From: Bispira polyomma
Taxonomy: Eukaryota
NCBI GenBank assembly: GCA_965649765.1
Contig: OZ287753.1
Coordinates: 54,560,001 to 54,624,000, forward strand
Direction of reading: 5' to 3'
Length of the DNA: 64,000 nt
A model generated the notes under the pieces. It was not told where the DNA came from, ran no database searches, and was given only the letters and a program-made list of their open reading frames with translations. Positions 35,688 through 47,786 of this stretch are shown here, in pieces (within the stretch, counting starts at the first letter, position 1; each line of letters starts with the position of its first letter). A program made the translations under genes and the position numbers.

Positions 35688-38225
35688 ATGGCAGCTGCAG
35701 TGCTACAGAATTTGGTCAAGGTGTCTATGACCTTGACATTGATAGCTGTAAGGTCAAATGGACAAGGTCAGCTTGGGGACCAAGACATGTATGTTTATGA
35801 TGACTCACCTGCTCCGACTCCGCTTTCAGCGTATTACCCCAATGGAGGTATAGACTATGGAGAGTACTCTTATAACTTGGAATACACCTGCTCACAACGC
35901 GACAGCTGTGTCCAGAAGAAATTCCTGAGTGACATGCAGATGAACTGCTTCTGTGATGACCTCTGCCAGGCTTACAATGACTGCTGTGAAGATTTTGAGG
36001 CTTCTGATCCGGGTAAAACGTTTGAGAAGCTGCCCCGTGGTACGTACTCATGCCGCCGGTTGGACGGGGTAAATTTGGAAGACTACACAATGCCTGCGGA
36101 ATGCGATACGGTTTATGTGGTGGATAAATGTCCCAAAGAGTACAGCGATGACTATTTTAAATCTCAATGCGAAAGGGGTGATAGGAATGACATGTTTGCC
36201 AATATCCCAGCTAGTGGACAGGGCAGTGGCATTCTTTATAGTAACTACTTCTGCGCTGTCTGTAACGGCATTGTAGATTTGTCCTTCTGGAGTATCAACA
36301 TCATGTGTAGTAATAACTATGAAGTAGACACTGAAGAACGAGGGTTTACCATTGAAAACACTATGGAAACATTGCTTTCTAATTTTAACAATAACTGTAC
36401 CTTGATGTTCTCACATGACACTCACACGGCTAGGTATTGCAAGGAAAATGTCATCTCACGGTGCCACAATGACTGGAAAGATAAGCGGGTGAAGAAGAAG
36501 TGTAAGGCTGGAACTCTTTATAGATACGCCTTCCAGAAGATATTCAGGAATGAGTTTTGTGCTCAATGTAACTATGTAAACACTACCTACCTGGAATGTT
36601 CTGATGGCTCTGAATGTCTCCCAACTACAAGAATAGAGCCCCCTCCCCTGTCTATACTACTAGATCTAAACATCGGCAGAGCTACTTTATCTCGAAAGCA
36701 GAAGCTAGACGATGAACTAACTGATGAAACTCAGAGCACAGTAGAGCTAAGGAGATGCCTAGACAACCATGTCTATGACCCCTTTGCTAAAATTTGTAGG
36801 CTAGTGGCTTGCAGACCAGGTTATAAGTTTCAGAATGGTGAATGTCTGGATGACATGAATGGTGTTACTCCGTATGATCCCAGCAGGAAGATTGTAGCAT
36901 CTACACTACATAGTGGCAGAGGATTTGATGAAGTTGATGGCGTATATCCGACACAACAGCCCTCAGATATCACATCTGCAGCAGTAACCAATGGTGTTAA
37001 TGATGTAACAAACACTGAAAGTTATACAACCTACAGAGAAAGACTTGAAAATGGAATTCAGTATCTTGATTGTCCTTTTGTTACACTCCAGGCTGCTGAA
37101 TATCACTTCATTCCTTCTGGGGGTATATATGTACCTCTGTATTCCAAAAGTTACAGCATGGAGGAATATGTTAACATCACCACTGGTGACATCTTAATTT
37201 GCACACCTTTTATAAACCAGAACTATACCATGACCCCACCAAGCAATACTTCTGCAGACACAGTGACAATGTTTCAGTATGACAGGATACAAGGGTTGAT
37301 CTCCTATATTGGACTTCTAATATCCATCATCTGCCTTTTTGTGGTCTTTGTCATCTATATGATGTTTCCTAGTCTGAGGAATACTCCAGGGAAGTGTGTA
37401 GTCAGTCTGGTGGTGGCTCTGCTCTTGGCCCAACTATCCTTCCTTGTTGGAGGACCTCTTCGAAGTTACCCAGATGTATGCTTCTCTCTGGGAGTTTTAA
37501 CCCACTACTTCTACCTGGCGTCCTTCTTCTGGATCAATGTACTGTCTGTTGGCATCTTTCGTTCCGTGTCTTCTAGTAGCCTCAGTGAAGATCATACCAT
37601 GCATTTTGTCGGCGCTTCCTTCTTCGCATGGATGGCAGCTGCTCTGATCGTTGGTGTGGCCTTGGTTCTACAATTCATAGAAGAAGTACCGGATATGTTC
37701 AGGCCTATGTATGGAGATGGGGTTTGCTGGATCACACAGAAGTGGCCTCTCCTTATCACTTTTGTTGCTCCTGTCGCCCTGATACTGGTCATTAATGTCA
37801 TTCTGTTCATTGGCACCAGTATCAAAATATGCTTGATTTCAAGGGCCACCAGACACAGCCGCTCCGATAACAACCGGACACACCTGTTCCTTTTGTATGT
37901 CAAACTTTGTCTCATTATGGGACTAACTTGGGTCTTTGGCTTCTTAGCGGCAATGACCGAGTTATCAGTCCTGTGGTATGTGTTCATTGTATTGAACAGC
38001 CTGCATGGGGTATATATCTGCTTTGCCTTCATCTGTACTCGGAATGTCCTTACACTCCTCAGTGGTAAAGGGGAAAAAAACAAAGACAGGGTCACTGGTG
38101 GCTACACCAAAACCACTAGCACTAGCAATGGCACTCCATCTTGGGGGCATAGTAAACACAGTGTACTGGACACCAACTTCAATGGCAATGTCAAGGTCAT
38201 AGAATCAAGAGAAACCAGCATTTAG
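35688..38225 (+). CDS. Class B (Methuselah/adhesion-like) SMB-domain GPCR, copy 2 (845 aa from ATG 35688)
   Basis: Close paralogue of 429-2861 with the same domains; the ORF-track TTG start at 35646 lies in a polypyrimidine tract ending in acceptor AG at 35654-35655, so the probable start is ATG 35688 (MAAAVLQ, matching MAAGVLH of copy 1). Confidence 0.92.
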   Translation: MAAAVLQNLVKVSMTLTLIAVRSNGQGQLGDQDMYVYDDSPAPTPLSAYYPNGGIDYGEYSYNLEYTCSQRDSCVQKKFLSDMQMNCFCDDLCQAYNDCCEDFEASDPGKTFEKLPRGTYSCRRLDGVNLEDYTMPAECDTVYVVDKCPKEYSDDYFKSQCERGDRNDMFANIPASGQGSGILYSNYFCAVCNGIVDLSFWSINIMCSNNYEVDTEERGFTIENTMETLLSNFNNNCTLMFSHDTHTARYCKENVISRCHNDWKDKRVKKKCKAGTLYRYAFQKIFRNEFCAQCNYVNTTYLECSDGSECLPTTRIEPPPLSILLDLNIGRATLSRKQKLDDELTDETQSTVELRRCLDNHVYDPFAKICRLVACRPGYKFQNGECLDDMNGVTPYDPSRKIVASTLHSGRGFDEVDGVYPTQQPSDITSAAVTNGVNDVTNTESYTTYRERLENGIQYLDCPFVTLQAAEYHFIPSGGIYVPLYSKSYSMEEYVNITTGDILICTPFINQNYTMTPPSNTSADTVTMFQYDRIQGLISYIGLLISIICLFVVFVIYMMFPSLRNTPGKCVVSLVVALLLAQLSFLVGGPLRSYPDVCFSLGVLTHYFYLASFFWINVLSVGIFRSVSSSSLSEDHTMHFVGASFFAWMAAALIVGVALVLQFIEEVPDMFRPMYGDGVCWITQKWPLLITFVAPVALILVINVILFIGTSIKICLISRATRHSRSDNNRTHLFLLYVKLCLIMGLTWVFGFLAAMTELSVLWYVFIVLNSLHGVYICFAFICTRNVLTLLSGKGEKNKDRVTGGYTKTTSTSNGTPSWGHSKHSVLDTNFNGNVKVIESRETSI

Positions 38226-38459
38226 TGTTCTACTCCCATGTACCATTAGTATTTATGGATAAAAGTGTAACGGATATTTATGTAAACTAATAAACATATG
38301 TATGTGTAGTCACTTAAAGACACATTAGATTTATGGCAAAACCTTGTTTTAAAAGGCTAAATCTATGAATTCTATACGCCTATCTGTTAAATAGAAGCAT
38401 AAGACATTCAAGACAGTGTAATTAATTTATAAAGGGTAATGAATAATTATATCTATGTT

Positions 38460-38948
38460 ATATACGCACGGGTCCGTGTGTATAAAAAAAATGTTATATG
38501 TACGGAAATGATTTGTGTCTGCAAGAGTAGTTAAAGGTTAAAGTCATTCACGACTATTGTATTGGAGGATAATATTTTTTTATTGTTTATGTTTTAGGTT
38601 TATAATATATAAGTTAATTTCATCATTCTTTTAAAAAAAGTCTGTGGCTCATGTATACGTTTGATAGTGAAGCATGTGTATATAAGCGACAAAAAAAGAA
38701 TTTTATGCAAATTAGGTCGGCTATTATCGTGAAGAGCACCGACAAGGACCAACTTCTATATAAGATCCATATTTAACTGTCTCTGACCTTTGACTCGGCG
38801 TATATATTGCACAATAATTAAAGTAACACAATTTATTGATATATTATATGTTATTTTTTTTTTATTCTTCTTCGCCAACTATTTGCTTCCCGATATGCAA
38901 GGTCTGTGCGTATAACATTTTTTTATACACACGGGTCCGTGCGTATGT
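38460..38948. mobile_element. MITE-like element with ~45-bp inverted termini downstream of GPCR copy 2
   Basis: atacgcacgggtccgtgtgtataaaaaaaatgttata ... tataacatttttttatacacacgggtccgtgcgtat; absent from copy 1 flank. Confidence 0.8.
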
Positions 38949-38962
38949 CCACTGCGTAATAC

Positions 38963-39577
38963 CCTGGTCCCACCGGCCGTCACGTTAGGAGTCGTTTGAA
39001 AATTAATTTGCATAGTTTTTGCGTGGTATTTGCGGGAGCTGACGTAATATACATAAGCATACATAACATGGCGTGAGAGTTGAGATGCAAGAAATTTATA
39101 ATTTTAAACCGTTTGAAATTTGGACACGCTAGAGCTGCCAAAAGGTAATATATACCTGCTCATTCTGCGTAGCAGCAAACGGCAGCTACAACGTCCTCTT
39201 GCGGGTCATTATGTCCCCAAACGTGTTTCCACTTACATAGACCTACACAGACGACTTCAAACGTCATATATGTAAGGATGCGTGGCAGTTTGCGGGAGCA
39301 CATGTATATAAACGTACATTAAAGTAAAAAATGACAACCTTCAACGTGTATTGGCGTACTAATACGGGGTTAAAATACGTACTTTGACGTGAAGTTGTGC
39401 ATCCCCTGCGAGACCTTACAGCTTTTGACATACTAATACATGTATTTCAACGTCTGTTGACGCCGTCAACGTAGAGAAAATCAATAATTTCGAGTTTTGC
39501 ATGATGTTTTGCATCAAATATTTTACAAGGCCATGCGTGTCTTGCATATCCTAACGTAAATCCGGTGGGACCGGCCC
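38963..39577. mobile_element. MITE (PIF/Harbinger-like) adjacent to the previous element
   Basis: TIRs ggtcccaccggccgtcacgttagga / tcctaacgtaaatccggtgggacc; CpG-rich interior; absent from copy 1 flank. Confidence 0.75.
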
Positions 39578-40163
39578 ATTAAAGCGTATATTTAATCAAC
39601 AATGGCACGTGCATTGATTAAAAGACAGATATATTTCTGAAAAATTGTTATTTGAAATTGTATAAATATGTATTCAATATAAATCATTGGCACACATAAC
39701 CGGAATATGAGGGCTCTACTTAATACATAGACATATTATATTAAGGTTGTATATATATATATATATATAAATAAAAATTTACTTCATTTGACAATATTAT
39801 GAACTTACTTCATTTAACACTAATATTATTGTTTATATCTATTTGTTATATAGGACCAAAAAAAATTAACAGTGAAACTGCTGACTGGTTTATTTATAGT
39901 CAAGCTATAGTGTGTTATATTGAGTGACTTGCAGAACTACTACTACTTGTGTATTGTGTATTATTAAGTGTATACACAAGTGTGTAACCATAGTAATAGT
40001 GTTTACATATTAGTACTTGTTCAGTACAGTGAAACGATCTGGATGTGTATGTTTATTAAATATGTAGGTTGGTATATGTGTATATAATATATATTAGTGA
40101 CTGGTGTAATGCCTTTGGTAGTTTTATATGTTATTATTGTTTATCGATGACAGATTTAAACAC

Positions 40164-40590
40164 AAAAATGTTTGGCATTCTCTCGATTTGTTTCCCCCTC
40201 GGGGAAAATCAAAACAGGGAACGGAAAACGCTTCTTCGTAAATGTTGAACGTTAACATTTTAATGTTCAGAAACAAATAACCCCCGGGGACTGAAGACGC
40301 TTCTTCGTAAATGGTGAACGTTAATATTTTAAAGTTGAAAAACAAATAACCGCCGGGGGATATAACAGGATTATTGTATTATCCATAAATAATCCCCAGA
40401 GGATAAAACAGGATTATATATTAACTTCTATCACCCTATATATAAATATTTTAAATTTATGTACAACAATTAGAAATTAAATAACCCCCGCGGGTTATTA
40501 AAAAATCGAAATCTAAAAATTAAATAACCCCCGGGGGTTACATGTGTAGCTCCCTTGGAAGTTATTTGGAGAGAATGCCAAATGTTTTTT
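40164..40590. repeat. Foldback-like element with internal tandem repeats
   Basis: Inverted ends aaaatgtttggcattctctc / gagagaatgccaaatgtttt; two ~67-bp repeats and several aaataacccccgggg motifs inside. Confidence 0.65.
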
Positions 40591-42237
40591 ATATTTAGCA
40601 GTGTACGACTCGGAATTAATTGTAAACCAAACTGTACAATGTATGAATTTAATACCTATTTGTTGTATTCTCAGCAATCATCTGAACAGACTGCAGAAGA
40701 TCTTGCATAATGTTGCAAGTGGTGATTACCTGTTAATGATCCCCAAATCCCTCCACAAACTACTGAGCATTTTACCAACTGAAACAAGGATGATTAAAGA
40801 ACTTTCAAGTTTTAAATGTGCAATTAAAACAGTTTGGTTCAATAAAGCCAACAAAGGTGTAATCTAATCTGTTGTAGTGTCAGTGATTATCTTTAAATAG
40901 ATATTGGCACATTAAATTCTGTAAATAGTAGTTATATTTTACCCCAAGTAACAAAGAGAGAAAGACATTTATATGAAAATTAGTTGTATTCTCTCATTGA
41001 CACGTGTATTTATTCATCAATTATGTTCATTATTTTTTTGCAGACAGTTGTACACAAGCCATATTATAATGTACATGGGTGTATGATCCTGAATCCCTTG
41101 ACAGTCAATTTACAGTTTACAGTCAGAACCAAGGCTTCAATCCAAAACTTTATTTAAAATTAACTCAGCTTCAAATTTAAATACCAAGTGCAAACTTATT
41201 ATTTACTACTAAATAGCAGTTCCAAATTATGATATTATTGTTTTAAATATGTATAATATAATTTTTTTAAGTGTAACTATAATATCTGTATGTAATACAT
41301 CATAGGAATACTTAATGTATCCGATATATGTAAATATTACAATGTAATTGTAACCCAGATACATATTTTTTGGTGCTTACTGTAGATTGGTGCTAATGTA
41401 TTATTTTGGTATACCAATAACACATGCTTTGATATCTTAATAAAATTACACCGTGTGTAAAGTACAGTGTTTTTTCTTTGTATGTTTGCAATCTTTTTCT
41501 TTCCCTGTGAATTCTGCTTTTCATCAAGATCAAATGTTTCCATCTTGCTCTTCATATAAAAAAGATTTTCACTTTTTGTGTAAAATAATGTATAACTAAA
41601 TTAGGAGCTATCCCCTAATATTTACTGAAAAAAAGACTTGACATGGAAGCAATATCAATGCTATACTGTAAGGAATTAAACATGAAAGTGCTTCAGGTGC
41701 ACTTTTATACAACTCATGTAATTAAACCATTTACTTATTTTGCAGGATTATGCCATTGGATGGTACACTTACGTACAGTAATAGTATCCAATTAATGCAA
41801 GATCAAAACAAGATGTTTGGCTCAGACAGCTTAAAAAACGATAGACTAGTATCCAAGTTAAATCCTGATTTATAAGTTCACACAAATTCACAGACAAACA
41901 CTATCACATTAAAGTAATTTTACCTATGTAGGTATGTTAAGTAGTAAAGTTAAATTGTGAAAACTAATTCAAGTGATTCTCTTGGGAATATACATTGGTA
42001 GAATATTGTTCCAGGTTAAAGTTCCAATTTTACAGTATCTTGGTTTCAACATGACCAATAACTACATCAATTTTTAGCTAAATGAATCCCAATAGTTTTT
42101 GCTTGTGGATTGAATCTCTGTAGAGCCACATACCTTATGCTGAACATTTATGTTTAAAGTCTTGTCTTCATGCAGTAGTGAATCAAAGAATTAGTGACTC
42201 AATAATAACACCTTCTCTTGATTGTTCTCTTCTTAGT

Positions 42238-42950
42238 TACTAGTGGTTAGGGTGTTGGTCTGATTATCAGAAGGTCCCTGGTTCTATTCCGGATACCGCA
42301 AGTTTTATTTGGTGGGATAACATCCTTAGGCAAGATGTGAACACAAGTTTGCCTAGTGGCTCGAATGACCACTTAAAATGGCTGTCCTCTGTAACTAAGT
42401 AATATCTCCAGTGGCCAATTAATGATCCTTTGGAACGTTGATAAATGGCCATCCTCAAGCACCTGAGCGCCAATAGTGGCTGCCCATAAGGTAGGGCATT
42501 TGAAAATGTGCTGTGTTCTGTAAGTGCGCTATAACAAATGTACTCTTTTATTTCATTAATGACCATGCCAGGCAAAATATACACTTGACTTAATAAGTGA
42601 CATGTCCAATATCCATAAGATTGGGTTCTACTTATTGACTTGGTGGGATACATCCTTAGGCAAGATGTGAACACAAGTTTGCCTAGTGGCTCGGATGACC
42701 ACTTAAAATGGCGGTCCTCTGTAACTGAGTAATATCTCCAGTGGCAGAGTAAAGATCCTTGAGGAAGTGATAAATGGTCATCCTCAATAGTCGCTGCCCA
42801 TAAGGAAGCGCATTTGAAAGGATGGTGTGTTCTGTAAGTGCGCTATAACAAATGTAATATTTCATTTCATTATGGACCATGCCAGGCAAAATATACACTT
42901 GACTTCATGAGTCAAATGTCCGATATCCATAAGATTGGGTTCTACTTATT
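42238..42950 (+). repeat. CORE-like SINE (family C) whose 3' part plus flank is tandemly duplicated (~330 bp x2)
   Basis: ttggtgggata(a)catccttaggcaagatg...ccataagattgggttctacttatt at 42309-42636 and 42640-42950. Confidence 0.85.
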
Positions 42951-43533
42951 ACTGACTTCTCCATTTATGGTTAATTTAAAAGCTCTATTTTTTTAATTAT
43001 CGTAGAAAAAAATTGGTTATAGTTACGGAGAAATTTGACAACCTGTTCTTGTTACAGAGAGTCTTCTGTAGATAGTTACACACTATATAAGTACATGTAC
43101 ATGTAACAGCATTACATAGACTGAACAATTGAAGAAATAAATATATTAAGAAAAGAAAACATTAAACATTTTTTCCACTAATTATTAATTGGTATGTAAG
43201 CCTCCCTTTACTTCCTGAATTTTTAATTAACAAAAATTTCCAAAAATATGTACACAAACAAAAAGGAGTTTTCCAGTTGATAGTTGCCATTCATATAACC
43301 TAGCTCCAGGACGTCTTATGAATTGTCCACAAAGTGAGAAGCTTTCCATATGAGGAAGAAAATCACGAAAATGCCTTGGATGTGGACATTTTTTTTTTTT
43401 TTTTTTTTTTGGGGGGGGGGGGGGGGAATGGTAGAGGCGGGCCCAGCTAGATACACTTATATTAAAAAAAGTATTCATTCCAAGCAAACTAGAGCACTTA
43501 TATTTCACCAACTTATGAAAGAATGAGAAGAAA

Positions 43534-45199
43534 TTAGACATCAGTCTCTTCTTCCTCCGGTATGATGATAATGGCACATTCAGGAACATCACTTCCCACA
43601 AAGACATCATCATTGGCCATAGCTCTATTTGCTTTAGCTCTTCCGTCACTCTCCATGCCATGCAAATAGCCAGAAATAGTTCTTATTGCAACTGTATTTT
43701 CTGTTTGGTTGGTCATATTTGGTAATATATCAACATAGTCAGGATCAATAGCAGCAGACTGCATGCTGTTTTCATCGGTTGTTTGTCGAGCGCGTTCTTG
43801 CTGAGGACTTCTAGTAACATCACCTTCAAAACTTACAGGTTCCAAGACGACACCGGTCTGAACACTACCACTTCTCACACTATACACTTGGGGCATTCTA
43901 GAAAAGTATACAATACAATGTAAAAGCTAGCAAACAAAGTATTTGTTATAAAATTGATTTACTTTTTGTATGATATGTATAATGTGAATTATCGTTTTAC
44001 GGAGAGCCAATATACAGCCAACCAGTAACTGTCAATCTCCTAACCGAGGAGAGAGCCTTGAGGATGGCTCATTTATAAACGTCCTTCATGTTTTTTAGCC
44101 TGCCACTAGGGATAGGTTTCAAAGACAGATGGGAAGGGGTGTGGTAGTCAAATGTTTAGAAGTTCCTGCTTCACAATCACCAGCCTCTCACCAATGTGGG
44201 TTTGAATGCAGTTCGTTCCTTCATGTGGGAAATTTTATCAAGTACATGCCACAGGCTAATGGTTTCTTCCACCCCTGAATCTGGTTGTCGTAATATGACC
44301 TAAGGCTGTTATTGACAGCGACATAAAAATCAAACTAAATTTAAATTGAATGCCAGAGAACCACCATTTTAAACGGTCATTTGAGACATGGAGTATCAGC
44401 CTACACTTAGGAGCTACAGGCTGTGAGAAATCCAGATACGAAGCAAGAGAATAACCCACTAGATCACAGTGAAAATAAATGCCATTTACTTTTGCATATA
44501 CAGAAAACATTAGTTAACATTAACTTCATTAATATTATTTTTCATTGATTTAAAAGTTTATGTGATCAATCTTTTACAATATTTGTGAATTTAAAAAAAG
44601 TTTAATTTTCATGCAGTTACAACATGGGAGAATTCATCAATATATTAAAATGAGAAGTACATAATAGAAGGCTAAAAATGCAAACCAAGATATATATACA
44701 TTTTCACCGTGCTCATGTCACAATCATAAGTTACCCTTCCTGACCCGGTCTGAGGGTAATCTACTTGACGCTTACAGCATGCACCAAGAAAGCAACTCCT
44801 CTGTAGCAACGCCAGAAATTTCCACTTTAACAATCCAACAGGAATATCAATCCAACAAAACCATGACAGCCAATACACTGGCAACAGAAGGCGCCATCTA
44901 TATTGAATGTTATAAATATTAAACAGTAAGGAACCAATGCCAAAGTAACAGAACATGGCAGATATTATAATGATCACATGTCCAACAGTCAGGTTTCCAC
45001 TGTTCAAATCTGGTCGCATATTGTGGAAGTGGAATGTTACCAGCAAGGTTCCCGCCAAAAGTCCACTTGCTCCGCAGACGATATTGAAAAACGCCAAGTC
45101 ACGTGACGCTGCGCAGACTGGCGCCTGTGCAGTAGCGTGACGACAGCAAATACAGACATAGCAATGGTGTGCGCGCCGGGCGGGAATGTAGTTGTTCAT
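43534..45199 (-). CDS. Putative two-exon uncharacterised membrane protein (exons 45199-44735 and 43926-43534; ~285 aa)
   Basis: Long ORFs in AT-rich DNA; ATG at 45199; phase-0 donor agg|gtaac at 44735 joins in frame to acceptor tactttgtttgctag|43926; 2-3 hydrophobic segments then a polar, acidic tail. Confidence 0.42.
44148..44345 (+). mobile_element. Old SINE related to family A
   Basis: gcttcacaatcaccagcctctcacc..atgtgggaaa..ggtttcttccacc..atatgaccta..aaatcaaact. Confidence 0.6.
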
Positions 45200-47786
45200 C
45201 CTTGTGTTAAGTTTGAGGATAGATAGATAGATTATCCAGGTAATAATTGCTTTAACACGGTAACACAAGGCAAAGTTTTGACTTCCAGTTGAATGTAAAC
45301 AATATATCCATTTGTAAATGTTATGATTTATCTATCTTAAACAAGCGTATTTAATGTTTAAATCTATTTTGTGCATTCTTTTTGTTGTTCAGTGAACCCA
45401 GAGTACGATTTGAAATAAGTAAAATTCCCCCACTGGTTTACAAGTGTATATAAAAACAACATAAATTTGTGCTTTGTAGTTCCGACTTAAAGGTTTAGTA
45501 AATGCTCAGAATTTGACTGAAAAATAGTCGCACTATTCAGAATATTAATCGTCAAATACTAAAATCCTAATTTTTGTCCACAATTTCATAAGTTACATTG
45601 TTTAAGCTGTGAGACTATGCGTTCATTTATTCAATGATATTTTCATAGTTATCACCACTATTTCTCCATGAAACTCCCCTGTATACACATTCCCTTATGT
45701 TACCACCTATTTTACTGCTTTCATTTCATTGTCTACACATGTTGTCTGACAATTGTCTTACCTTTGGACATTATTGAAATGTCACAGGCAACAGGTAGAA
45801 TTCTTAATTGTCATGGCTTTCATATCACATAACCCCTCGTCCTTTTCACTCTCATATTATGTGCCTAAGATCCTGAAAGACACCTCATGAAATGTCAAAT
45901 GTGCCCACAATTCCAAACAAAAACACAAAACAACGTTATCTCAAAACTATTTAATTATTAGCTACCTGGCTTCCAGTAAACAAATTATTTGGGTTTTGCA
46001 AAAGTATCAGAATTTACATAAAGAAAACATTTTTAAGATTCTTTGTTAAAATATTAATTTAATTTAAGGACCGTTGTCAACAATAAATTACATGTACATT
46101 TGCAAATATTAATGTCTGCCTGTATTGAACAGACTTGTTTTGGGAACTTAGAATCTAAGAATCTATATCTTATTTCACAAAGCTACATAGGCATGGTAAG
46201 ATTTACTATGGATGCACCTTTTGTTTGACAATAGTTCACATGTATGTACAATACAGTGAAACAATACCATACAATAGAAAACACAGTTCGACCTTTAAGA
46301 CCATTTTAGATTTAGTCCTTCGACCTTTCAGAAAGCAAATACTATTTATTAAACATTCATTACAATATTATTCATTTGTTTTGGACTGAATTTATCAAAG
46401 TTTATATTTAATGTAACAGTTTTATAGCTTCATTGTTTAAATAGGCCATACAATAATTAGTATTATTACAGGACAATTTCCATAACTCGAGATATCTGCT
46501 GAGGCGCTAAAACCGTAACATTTTGATCACCTGGAAGCACCCACCATAGGCCACCAATAGAGAAAACAACAAGGTGGTATATGAGCTTACCCCTTAATTT
46601 GATCACTTCTGTTTGAGATCTAATACCATCAGGTTAATGGTTTGACTTTACAGGATCAGCCATACTAAAATGTCTATACTTGTCTGTTAATAGGTTAATA
46701 AGGTCTAAATACAGAAGACCAGTAAGAAAGGTTTTCTGTAGCAAATGTCTTTAAAACAAGAGCAAAAAGGCGTTAAAAAAATATGCAGTATTGATATGGG
46801 AAACAAAATAATTTTTTGAAGGAAGGGGAGATGTAAACCTGTGACTGATAAATGTTACGATAGAGAGCAATAATAGACCTGTTGTCAGTTTACCCTTCTA
46901 ATTCCAGAGAACAACAACCTGCAGTAGTCAAGACAGCTGCTGCCTAAAGCATTGGCAACAAGAATGCTGTGTCTCTCCCTGATGTAATTATAAAAAGAAT
47001 GCATCTTTATATCAAACATTTATATATAGCACCAAATTGATGAATCCAGTGTCAAAAGGCACTTGGAGAAGGTAGAGTGCTACAAGACAGCATTAGTTCT
47101 CATCAGTAGACAATGCCATGTTCAACTCTTGCGCAAGTATGTTGTCCCCCACAAACAATTATGACGTTATGGAAAGTTGAAACAACAACCTTCTGATCAC
47201 CAGACAAACGACCTAACCGTTAGACCATGGGAGGCTACATATAATTTGAAACATGGACTCTGAAGGAGTGATGGTAGCTGATAAGACACTCGTGTCCCAC
47301 CTCTGCCATTGTGGATTCGAATCTTGGCTCTGGCTCAGTTGGCAGTAGATTTGATGAAGGTTGGTAAATTGCAGAGAAAACCTTGACCAGCTACCCTGCT
47401 CTGATATCCTTCACCAGTGAAGGAGTGATTGGAATTCAGTGTTGTTTCTTACATCAGACTACGTTAACAATATGAACTCAATGTTTTTGTCTGGAATAAG
47501 TGTAAGCTTGGCAATACCCATTTTATTGATGTAAACCAAATATAGTAAAAGTTGAGAAATTATAAGGTGTTTTTTTTCAGTTTTATTCACCTTTTTTTTC
47601 ACAATGTTATAAGTTTAGTATCACATTGGGAAACATATTTCACATATTTACCACATAATATCTTCCCCTTTTAACAATGCCAATTATAAGTACTAATATA
47701 ATGTAAATATTACATAATTCATTTTTAATACTATAAGGATTTAATTACGATGGTTATATACGTTCTAACATAACTGTGTAGATATA

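Larger units (their letters stand above)
30200..39800 (+). repeat. Right arm of inverted segmental duplication carrying GPCR copy 2
   Basis: Collinear reverse-complement match to 1-7500, interrupted by copy-specific insertions (e.g. ~38457-39583). Confidence 0.8.

Noticed and set aside
45098-45107. Second GTCACGTGAC motif
   Set aside because: Lies inside a predicted coding exon, far from the FUCA 5' end; likely incidental
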